From Candidatus Blautia faecipullorum (lineage in GTDB: Bacteria > Bacillota > Clostridia > Lachnospirales > Lachnospiraceae), in NCBI GenBank assembly GCA_019115125.1, contig DXEG01000060.1, forward strand, positions 23,725-47,724: 24,000 bases of DNA, in the 5' to 3' direction. The notes under the pieces were generated by a model. That model saw only the letters and a list, made by a program, of their open reading frames with translations. It was not told the origin of the DNA and did not search any database. A program made the position numbers and the translations under genes. Positions 14,565 through 21,617 of the stretch are shown here, in pieces (positions within the stretch are counted from its first letter, which is position 1; the number at the start of each line of letters is the position of its first letter).

Positions 14565-15916
14565 TATGCTACAATATTACATCCAATATCTGAAGATGAT
14601 TTCTCTGCTCCGCAATAGGAGCAGGAATCATTTTTCTGCGCCGGTCCGGACTTCCAGGTAAACGGCCTGCGTTCATCCTCTGTACCAAACAGATGCATGT
14701 ACGGATTAACATCCTGATCTATCGGATAATTTAGCAGCACCGTACACTGATTGATGTATGGAAGCAGTTTTGCCTCATAGCCTTCCTCATGCTCCATCAA
14801 AATGTCGATAGCCAGCTTTGTTTCAAAGATCGCTGTAAGCTGGATATCCAGATACATCCCCGGCTGGAAATGAAGCTTCTCAAGCTCTGTCTCCGTTGCA
14901 TAGAAACGCCTGCGCACCGCCTGATTGCTGTAATCGACACCCTTATCTTCGCCATAAGCACAGGTGTAGCATGCCATGCCGGAATTCGGTTTATACCAGA
15001 ACACCTCTCCTGTGGAGCCTCTTGGGCCACAGCCTGCATCAATCATCGGAATGTTGTATTTATCTGCCAGCTCGTTACAAACATAGCCGCAATGACGATT
15101 ATCCGCACAGCAAAGGATAATGGAATCCTTCCAGATAATCTTCTCAAGTTCAGCAGGATCCACATGCTGGATCAGATCTCTGAAGGTATAAATCTTGCAG
15201 TTCGGATTGATGTCAGCAGCTCTTTCCTTGAAACAGTCAACTTTATAGCGACCTACATCATGGATACCACATTCGTGACGGCAAACATTGTGATAAGCAA
15301 GGATGTCATTGTCAGCCACGATCAGGGAACCGATTCCCGCTCTTACCAGTTCCAGACCGACCTTAAAACCGCCGGATCCGATACCGGAAATAATAGCCTG
15401 CTTTGCTGCCATTCTATCCTGCTCTACGATTCCTTGATTTCTGGAAAATACATCCTGGCGTGTGGAGTAATAATCAATATTGATCTCTGATCCGGAATTA
15501 TCTCTGACAAAGATTTCTGCCTGCTCTTCATTCCAGACAATGGAAAGACCAAACTGACCGAAAATGTCACCGTCTTCTCTCCCTGTGTGCTCTTTTCTGA
15601 CCGCCATACCCAAGACCTTCGCATCTGTTCTTGCATCGTATAGCGCCTCCTGTACGATGTTATAGGTTTTAGTCTCTGGGTGGTAATAGCCCCAAAGTTC
15701 ACCCTCATAACGCTGCTTCCGGTATTCTTCCGGAATCAGAACCGTGTATGGTCTGAGCGCCTCCTGAATCTTTTCAAAGTCCATGAAGTCTTCCTCAGAT
15801 GTTCCTTTCTCTGCCGTATTGTCCATGAAAGTAACTTCTGCAGTTTCTGTCTTAACCGGTTCTGTTTCGGCCGATACCGCTGCCTTCTGCAATGCATTTG
15901 CTGTTCTGTTATCCAT
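14564..15916 (-). CDS. ThiF/MoeB-family E1-like activating enzyme (Bil D-like position)
   Basis: Rossmann ATP site (IISGIGSGGFKVGLELVRAGIG), IVADNDILAYHNVCRH (cf. vD.D.v..sNLnRQ), LCCADN, and CxxC pairs (MACYTCAY; CSYCG). Start set at ATG 15916 (GGAGGAGG 8 nt upstream). Alternative starts are 15958, 15826 and 15781. Confidence 0.85.
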   Translation of the reverse strand: MDNRTANALQKAAVSAETEPVKTETAEVTFMDNTAEKGTSEEDFMDFEKIQEALRPYTVLIPEEYRKQRYEGELWGYYHPETKTYNIVQEALYDARTDAKVLGMAVRKEHTGREDGDIFGQFGLSIVWNEEQAEIFVRDNSGSEINIDYYSTRQDVFSRNQGIVEQDRMAAKQAIISGIGSGGFKVGLELVRAGIGSLIVADNDILAYHNVCRHECGIHDVGRYKVDCFKERAADINPNCKIYTFRDLIQHVDPAELEKIIWKDSIILCCADNRHCGYVCNELADKYNIPMIDAGCGPRGSTGEVFWYKPNSGMACYTCAYGEDKGVDYSNQAVRRRFYATETELEKLHFQPGMYLDIQLTAIFETKLAIDILMEHEEGYEAKLLPYINQCTVLLNYPIDQDVNPYMHLFGTEDERRPFTWKSGPAQKNDSCSYCGAEKSSSDIGCNIVA

Positions 15917-16569
15917 ATATTTTTCCTCCTCCGGGTGTCCCCTGAACAAATCGGACAATCTTGTGCGGATTGATCCTTTATCTTCGGCTGCTGCAAGCGT
16001 TCCACGCTCTGCTTTTTGGCCGCCTTTCTTGCGGCTTCATTACGTTCTACAGTTTCTTTGAGTCTTCGCAGGGCAATACGGGGCATAGCCGCTCTGACTG
16101 CCTTATCGTTGATCTCATACTCTACTTCCGTCTCGTCGCCATTCTCATCAATATACCAGAACTTAATCCGGAATTCAGGGTCAATGAAGATGAGTCCGTT
16201 TACAACGCCGCCAAACTGCTGCGCAAGCTTGATATTTGCCGGATGATCACCATGGCTGAAATGCAGGTACCCGTCCGGATGTCTGTGAACCTGAGAGACT
16301 GTCAGCTTACCGTTTGAGAAATCATAATATTCGCTGAGTCGTGTCGATAAGTGGTCTGCATAAACATGATCCTTCTCACACATAGTTGGCGTATAGGTGG
16401 CATTGATGCCGCTATCCGATACCATGTCAAAAAAGAAGTCATTTCCGATGCGGATGCCCGGCATCTGGATAATGCTTTCGTTTCCGGGATGCCGCCCCAC
16501 CTCGAGCAGCATCCCTCTGTAGGTATTGTGGGTAATATAAACATGATACTTATCTTTTCGCTGAAACAT
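15736..16569 (-). CDS. JAB/JAMM (MPN+) metallopeptidase (Bil C-like position)
   Basis: Complete JAMM signature: upstream Glu (MLLEVGR) and HRHPDGYLHFSHGD (HxH-x7-S-xx-D). ATG 16569 has GGAGG 5 nt upstream (the track's 16575 start is GTG). The last ~60 codons are extremely Arg/Lys-rich and overlap the E1 gene by 181 nt. Confidence 0.8.
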   Translation of the reverse strand: MFQRKDKYHVYITHNTYRGMLLEVGRHPGNESIIQMPGIRIGNDFFFDMVSDSGINATYTPTMCEKDHVYADHLSTRLSEYYDFSNGKLTVSQVHRHPDGYLHFSHGDHPANIKLAQQFGGVVNGLIFIDPEFRIKFWYIDENGDETEVEYEINDKAVRAAMPRIALRRLKETVERNEAARKAAKKQSVERLQQPKIKDQSAQDCPICSGDTRRRKNIWITEQQMHCRRQRYRPKQNRLRQKLQKLLSWTIRQRKEHLRKTSWTLKRFRRRSDHTRF

Positions 16570-16580
16570 AGACACCTCCG

Positions 16581-17033
16581 TTATCTATCGCGATCCACAC
16601 CTGTCTTCTCCCATACACAATAGACGTCGATCCACCTTAGAACCCTAGTCATGGCAGTGTAGCCATTCACGGACGCAGGATCCGTAGATTTTACCTGACA
16701 GATATAGGGAAGTCCCATCGTGGAATCAGAAATCAGGTGATGGAAGCCCGGCTTCAATTTTGTCATAGGATACACTTTGATTGAGCCGCCAAAGAGGCCA
16801 TCGGCATCTCTGCCCGGGTGATCATGCTCGTATACCACATGGAATACAAAGGTTCGCCAACGCTGATCCGGTGCCGGCTTAACCGGCAGGGTCACATCCA
16901 CACAGAATCTATGCTTGTTGTCATAACAAAACATCATTTTCATATTCGGATGGTTATACTCACGCATAAACCTCAGGAAAGCATCCTTTTCAAACTGCAG
17001 TAAAGCTCCGTTCTCTTTTTCATACCAATACAT
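16581..17033 (-). CDS. UBC-fold E2-like conjugating enzyme (Bil B-like position)
   Basis: IKVYPMTKLKPGFHHLISDSTMGLPYICQV...YTAMTRVLRWI follows the E2 core pattern (yP..pP...HPN...G.iCl...W). C in YICQ is the candidate catalytic Cys. ATG 17033 has GGAGGG 6 nt upstream (the track's 17039 start is TTG). Confidence 0.7.
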   Translation of the reverse strand: MYWYEKENGALLQFEKDAFLRFMREYNHPNMKMMFCYDNKHRFCVDVTLPVKPAPDQRWRTFVFHVVYEHDHPGRDADGLFGGSIKVYPMTKLKPGFHHLISDSTMGLPYICQVKSTDPASVNGYTAMTRVLRWIDVYCVWEKTGVDRDR

Positions 17034-17045
17034 ATGCAACCCTCC

Positions 17046-17426
17046 TTATCGTGCATAGTTCTTCTCTGGTGCCGTATTGATTACAGGGGTGCTGGAATTC
17101 TGCGCCTGACTTGCAGGCACCACCTCTCCGTTGCGGAATACAAACGCCTCAACGTCTGCAGTTCCATTTGCCTGATCTTCGAGCTGGCCATAATTAGGCT
17201 CATGAGCTGTCCTAATAACAGGAGTCGTAGAGTTCTCTGCCTGATTGGCTGGTACTATTCTTCCTTTGTCGTATACGAATGCCTCTACATCTGCAGATCT
17301 ATTTGCCTGATCCTCAAGCTGGCCATAATTCTTATATCTTCCGGTTCTGATCATATCCATATGCTTTTCCTCCTTGTCAAAATCCGCATATTCCTTAAAG
17401 TTACCATTTATTACAGATGCATTCAT
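17046..17426 (-). CDS. 126-aa tandem-repeat protein occupying the Ubl/modifier slot of the E2-JAB-E1 operon
   Basis: ATG 17426 has GAAAGGAGG 9 nt upstream (MNASVINGNFKEY...). It contains two 45-aa repeats, NYGQLEDQAN(R/G)(S/T)ADVEAFV(Y/F)..G..VPA.QA.NS.TPVI.TA.E, and begins a third (NYAR-stop). The stop is 12 nt from the E2 start. Confidence 0.7.
   Translation of the reverse strand: MNASVINGNFKEYADFDKEEKHMDMIRTGRYKNYGQLEDQANRSADVEAFVYDKGRIVPANQAENSTTPVIRTAHEPNYGQLEDQANGTADVEAFVFRNGEVVPASQAQNSSTPVINTAPEKNYAR
17049..17330 (-). repeat. 2 x 135-nt in-frame tandem repeat plus a 12-nt partial third unit
   Basis: AATTATGGC (N-Y-G) occurs at 17330-17322 and 17195-17187. AAC-TAT-GCA-CGA (N-Y-A-R) lies at 17060-17049. 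Confidence 0.9.
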
Positions 17427-17442
17427 TGTACAGTCCTCCTTT

Positions 17443-17661
17443 CTATCTAAACAAAGATCTGATGATATAACCGATGACAAATACCATGATCACAATCGGC
17501 ATGACTGCATTGATCCATGCCCAGGTGTTATTGGCAAATGCCGTAACGATAAACTCCTTATATTTGATACAGCTGACCACCACCAGCATTGTTCCTGCTA
17601 TTGTCCAGCCGATCAGGAACCGTTTGATCACGGTCCACACTGTAACTACCCGATAATCCAT
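17443..17661 (-). CDS. small membrane protein (72 aa, 2 predicted TM helices)
   Basis: ATG 17661 (MDYRVVTVWTVIK...) has GGGGGTGGTG 6 nt upstream. The track's 17700 start is GTG inside the previous gene. Hydrophobic stretches: FLIGWTIAGTMLVVVSCI and WAWINAVMPIVIMVFVIGYII. Confidence 0.65.
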   Translation of the reverse strand: MDYRVVTVWTVIKRFLIGWTIAGTMLVVVSCIKYKEFIVTAFANNTWAWINAVMPIVIMVFVIGYIIRSLFR

Positions 17662-17666
17662 GTCTG

Positions 17667-17945
17667 TCACCACCCCCGATAGCTTCTGCGCAACTTCCAC
17701 TTCAGCCGCACGGTAAAATAAACAACAGTTGCTATCACAATCAGGATTGGAAATCCGGAGGACAACAGATTTGCCATGAAAATGGCAATCCGCGCTGTCA
17801 CCGCCCCAAAATTGGCAATGATGCTAAAAGCTGCCAATCCTGAAAGCACAGAACAGATAATTAGCGCGAGTGTTACGCCCGACACGATCCTAACTCCGGT
17901 TCCTCTGTAGCTTTCCTGTTTAAAGATACTCCCTGCACGTCTCAT
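17667..17945 (-). CDS. small membrane protein (92 aa, 2-3 predicted TM helices)
   Basis: ORF-track frame with hydrophobic stretches VSGVTLALIICSVLSGLAAFSIIANFGAV and GFPILIVIATVVYFTV. Its ATG overlaps the stop of a 15-codon uORF (ACATGAGA). Confidence 0.65.
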   Translation of the reverse strand: MRRAGSIFKQESYRGTGVRIVSGVTLALIICSVLSGLAAFSIIANFGAVTARIAIFMANLLSSGFPILIVIATVVYFTVRLKWKLRRSYRGW

Positions 17946-17989
17946 GTGAACGTCACCTCCCTTGGACCTGTATCTGTATATGCTGTCAT
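17942..17989 (-). CDS. possible 15-aa upstream ORF coupled to the first membrane-protein gene
   Basis: GAAAGGAGG lies 7 nt before ATG 17989. It translates MTAYTDTGPREVTFT. Its TGA overlaps the downstream ATG (ATGA). Confidence 0.3.
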   Translation of the reverse strand: MTAYTDTGPREVTFT

Positions 17990-18069
17990 CTTCCCGACCT
18001 CCTTTCGTTTGTTGTTAAGGCTATTGTAAGATCTAGAATCCGTTTCTTATAGGTATACCTGCTGCCAGG

Positions 18070-18102
18070 ATTGAAACTTAAATTTCAGCCTTTTTTGAAA
18101 CT
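18070..18102 (-). promoter_or_regulatory. two copies of the (A/T)TTGAAACT motif
   Basis: ATTGAAACT at 18070-18078 and TTTGAAACT at 18094-18102, in the 192-nt spacer between the degenerate ATPase gene and the membrane/Ubl operon. About 80-110 nt upstream of the uORF ATG 17989. Confidence 0.35.
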
Positions 18103-18137
18103 ATTTCCTCGTCTGACAATGCGCTACACCGGAAGCA

Positions 18138-19388
18138 TCACACCACAACCGGAACCCCTGCCGCAGCAGGCAGGAAGTCCGATGTACGAATCAGATAGAC
18201 GTTTGCATTCGCTGTGGTTTTAACAGCCAGATAATCCGATGTTCCGCCGAAAAATCCCGGCTTTACATACATATCCTGACTCCGGACACGAAGACGCTCT
18301 TCGCTCTGACTCTGCCAGTGTACTGCTCGTTTGAACGACACGAGGATGTGCGGCGTATTTCCAGCCACCGGTACCGGATAATGATACTGATAAGAGCCGA
18401 ACAAATCTCGGGACAGATCATCCGTTGCAGCCGATGTACCATGATGGAAAAGTACCACATTCGGAAAATCCAGCTCTGCATTACCGTGCATGGCTTCTCT
18501 GACATTCTGCGAAACCATCATCAGTTCAATCTTCCCCTGGCGTCTGGTCTGCATGAGGTACTTCATTAATTCATCATTTTCATTCACAAACTGCATTTCA
18601 TCGAGGATGATACGGATTCGCGGCACTCGTTTCAGGGTATGGAATATTTCCTCCTTCAGATAGGAGTTGAAAATACTCTGATTACAAGAGCATGTGTACA
18701 TGGCCATCCCAGCCAGGTTCCCCTTCGCTCCGCTCTGAAAGTTGTATTTCGTATCGCTGCCAGGAGCATAGATATCTTCAAATATCTCTTCCAAGCGTTC
18801 AAAGAGCCTGCGAAGCACAATGCCTGCTTCATGATTAGCGCGAATATTATCGGCAATCACATTGGAGAGACCTGACTGCAGAGCAAATTCGGAGATAAAA
18901 TCATCATCCTCATTCAGGAGCTTTACGATGGCTGGCAGGGATACCGGATACTTTGCGGAAACGACATTCAGAACAGCGGCAGCATAGATCATGACCTGGT
19001 CGGTCAGAATGCCATAGCCCATCTCTTCCGCTGTCATACGGACAAAGCGAAGAATCTGCTGTGCAGACATTCCATAAAATGGATGATAGTTCTTATCCGC
19101 AGGACATGATGTCATAACGCAATCAATCTCATGTGCACTTACTTTCTGCTGTATAGCCGTCATCAGCTCCGGATGACTGGTGAGCAGGATTGTGGGCATA
19201 TCATTTTTCTCAATACCACTACAGAACAGATCCAGCACCATTGCATGATTTCCGGCCTCAACTCCGCTGATCAGAAGATCGCCGTGAATATTGCGGAAAA
19301 AGGATGCACTGTCAACACGCCCCTCGAACACACGTCTTGCTGCATTCATACGCTCACATTCATTGATAACCATTCTTTTATTACCCAT
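18138..19388 (-). CDS. Walker-A-degenerate paralogue of the TraG/VirD4-type ATPase (416 aa)
   Basis: ATG 19388 has GGAAGGAG 7 nt upstream. It aligns by eye with the 20196..21602 protein: IRIILDEMQF vs KYFLLDEMLL; RRQGKIELMMVSQN vs GRSLGVRMMCGLQN; NVVLFHHGTSAATDDLSRDLFG vs NIVAFRSNDYDTRQFVINRLG. The P-loop position reads GVEAGNHAMV instead of GAPGTGKTNF. Confidence 0.75.
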   Translation of the reverse strand: MGNKRMVINECERMNAARRVFEGRVDSASFFRNIHGDLLISGVEAGNHAMVLDLFCSGIEKNDMPTILLTSHPELMTAIQQKVSAHEIDCVMTSCPADKNYHPFYGMSAQQILRFVRMTAEEMGYGILTDQVMIYAAAVLNVVSAKYPVSLPAIVKLLNEDDDFISEFALQSGLSNVIADNIRANHEAGIVLRRLFERLEEIFEDIYAPGSDTKYNFQSGAKGNLAGMAMYTCSCNQSIFNSYLKEEIFHTLKRVPRIRIILDEMQFVNENDELMKYLMQTRRQGKIELMMVSQNVREAMHGNAELDFPNVVLFHHGTSAATDDLSRDLFGSYQYHYPVPVAGNTPHILVSFKRAVHWQSQSEERLRVRSQDMYVKPGFFGGTSDYLAVKTTANANVYLIRTSDFLPAAAGVPVVV

Positions 19389-19461
19389 AGTTTCACTCCT
19401 TCCTGCCGAATTCATATATGAATCCGGCCTTCTGATTCTCTAATGCTTATCGCCTGCACTC

Positions 19462-20103
19462 CTACGGAAGTATCTGCATCAGTTTCATTGCTGAACGAAA
19501 CCGGATATTTTTCAGACAATCCTCGCCAAACTGCTGACCGGTATAATTGTTCTGAAACGAAACATCGCAGAAGCCCAGAATTCGCTGCCATATACTCTGG
19601 TGAATCCTCGCCTTGGTAGTTATCGTCGGAATTGTACTGTAGGTTCTTCGGATAATACCTTTTCTAATATTGATTCCACCATCCGGTGAATAAGAATAAC
19701 TTTCAAAAGGATTTAAAAAATTCCGGCTCCTCCAGTTCAGAGAATCATAACCGGTCGTTCCACAATCAAAAGCTCTTGTCCTTCTCCATTGAATCGTCTG
19801 GATATCCTCCGGCATTGTTTTCAGCAAAACTCCACCAAGAATGGAAATTCCTATTAGCAGAAGTATTTCAAGACCAATTGGAAGGGTCAGCACGGTTACA
19901 ACGACAGTCATAACCGCAGCCAACAAAGCAATGTACTTTCCTGTTTTATAATTGCCAACCAAAATGACAGCAATGATAATATCCAGGATAATCTTAAATC
20001 CATTAACACCGGCTTCCCCGCTACGTGTATTAAAAAGAAGCAACAGGAGCCAAATGCCAAAACCTTTACAAAAATTGATCAGGCTGCTCTTTACAGACTC
20101 CAT
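19462..20103 (-). CDS. polytopic membrane protein with C-terminal bacterial PH-like (bPH/YdbT-like) domain
   Basis: ATG 20103 has GAGGGGGTG 6 nt upstream. There are 3-4 TM stretches (GFGIWLLLLLF; IILDIIIAVILVG; YIALLAAVMTVVVTVLTLPIGLEILLLIGISILGGVLL). The soluble tail ends ...TITTKARIHQSIWQRILGFCDVSF, which resembles the bPH_2 C-terminal strand pattern. Confidence 0.65.
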   Translation of the reverse strand: MESVKSSLINFCKGFGIWLLLLLFNTRSGEAGVNGFKIILDIIIAVILVGNYKTGKYIALLAAVMTVVVTVLTLPIGLEILLLIGISILGGVLLKTMPEDIQTIQWRRTRAFDCGTTGYDSLNWRSRNFLNPFESYSYSPDGGINIRKGIIRRTYSTIPTITTKARIHQSIWQRILGFCDVSFQNNYTGQQFGEDCLKNIRFRSAMKLMQILP

Positions 20104-20195
20104 GAACGCACCCCCTCGCATAAAGAAAATAAAATAAATCTGAAGTTTCAGAGCTATTCCTGCATCCGAATAGCTGCAGGAACCAGCCCTTCTTT

Positions 20196-21602
20196 TTAAC
20201 CGTACAACGGCATTGTAAACAGAAACGGATCTTCACACGCAAGTGAAACCACTGCTTCACCGTTCTTCAGTTTCAACAGATTCCAGTCTTCCACCGTGTG
20301 ACCGGCCCGCTGGATATTGAGATTTGCCTGCTGTACGGAAAGACTGAAGTTCTGGTAGTTCTCACCCAGGCGATTGATAACAAACTGTCTGGTATCGTAA
20401 TCGTTCGATCTGAACGCCACAATGTTCTGGAAAGACGACAGGATGTTCCTTGCGCCGGCCACCCCATATTGCTCTTCAAGTCCGCATGTATTCTGAAGTC
20501 CGCACATCATTCTGACTCCCAGAGAACGCCCGAAATTTAAACTGTCTGATAAATGCTCAAGCCTCGGAAGAAGGAGCATTTCGTCTAACAGAAAGTACTT
20601 ATTGGTTTTCATCTGTTGTCTTCCACCCAGTGCGTTAGCAAGAGCTCTGTCGATGAGAATGCCATACATAGGGGCTAGCAGTCTGCCTTTACGAAGGTCA
20701 TACTCAATAAAGACAACTTTCTTATTTCCACTGCATATGATATCTCGCATAGAGAACTCTCTTGCCGGATCAGCCTGTGCAAACGGACCGACGAACATCT
20801 TCTTCAACATGGAACTGACATAAGAGTTCACTCCCTGCGTCTGGTTTCCCTTGCCTGAGATATAGTCAATGCAGCTGCGTTGATCAGACATATAATCCAG
20901 ACTGAGAATCTTCTTAAGATCCTCATTGGTACTGTGAGTAAAGAAATTGATAAATTCTTTGTTATTCAGCTTCGACTGATCAAAACGCCAGTAAGTCTTC
21001 ATGAAATAAATCATGACAGCTGCAACAACCTGCTCTGCCATTGCCGGAAAAACAGGCTGTGTTTCACTTCGCATGGACTGAAACAGCTGCTCACAAAGTT
21101 CCAGTGCATCTTCGTTGGATTCCGGCGTATAGACCAGTTTCCCATCATTTCCCCGTGGCATTACTTCTGCAAAAATATTATGATAGGAGGTAACCCTGCG
21201 ATATGCATCGCCATTGCCGATGATAACCTTCATGCTGTCCGGAATTCTGCTTCCGAAAGTCTCCAGATAATCACCCTTCGTATCGAAGATGATAATCACA
21301 TCTGTCGGCTGCATGGTGGCAAGCATGCGATCCAGTGTCATATTAAAAAAATTGGTCTTACCAGTGCCAGGCGCCCCAAGAGCCAATAAGCCATAGGCAA
21401 GTATATCTCTGCTCAAACCGAACAATCTCTTAGTCTTCGGATCCTGAAATGCAACAAACGGACTTCGTGATTTATCCGCTGTCCATACAGGAACCGGAAT
21501 GTCTCCGATGCTCTGTCCTAAGATGGTCTTGGTGTACATACCACTGTTTCTTTCCTGATTGCTGCCTGTCCCGATTCGTTTATGTCCAAAATCATATGCC
21601 AT
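20196..21602 (-). CDS. TraG/TraD/VirD4-type (FtsK-HerA superfamily) P-loop ATPase, soluble (468 aa, no TM segment)
   Basis: AAGGAGGG lies 7 nt before the ATG. Walker A (LGAPGTGKTNFF), Walker B (YFLLDEMLLLP) and GVRMMCGLQNTCGLEEQYG (cf. the coupling-protein motif Qs..QL...YG). Confidence 0.8.
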   Translation of the reverse strand: MAYDFGHKRIGTGSNQERNSGMYTKTILGQSIGDIPVPVWTADKSRSPFVAFQDPKTKRLFGLSRDILAYGLLALGAPGTGKTNFFNMTLDRMLATMQPTDVIIIFDTKGDYLETFGSRIPDSMKVIIGNGDAYRRVTSYHNIFAEVMPRGNDGKLVYTPESNEDALELCEQLFQSMRSETQPVFPAMAEQVVAAVMIYFMKTYWRFDQSKLNNKEFINFFTHSTNEDLKKILSLDYMSDQRSCIDYISGKGNQTQGVNSYVSSMLKKMFVGPFAQADPAREFSMRDIICSGNKKVVFIEYDLRKGRLLAPMYGILIDRALANALGGRQQMKTNKYFLLDEMLLLPRLEHLSDSLNFGRSLGVRMMCGLQNTCGLEEQYGVAGARNILSSFQNIVAFRSNDYDTRQFVINRLGENYQNFSLSVQQANLNIQRAGHTVEDWNLLKLKNGEAVVSLACEDPFLFTMPLYG

Positions 21603-21617
21603 AGGCTGACCCTCCTT

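Noticed and set aside
14789-15490. 233-aa plus-strand ORF
   Set aside because: It is antisense to the E1 gene, whose ThiF motifs are unambiguous. It has no SD or recognisable motif.
17662-17700. Longer version of the 72-aa membrane protein starting at 17700
   Set aside because: That start is a GTG inside the preceding gene. ATG 17661 has its own SD and removes the 34-nt overlap.
19410-19423. Perfect 14-bp palindrome ATTCATATATGAAT upstream of the degenerate ATPase gene, as an operator
   Set aside because: It is a single occurrence made of AT-only-like sequence in an AT-rich spacer, with no second site or partner motif. It is too weak to report as a regulatory feature.
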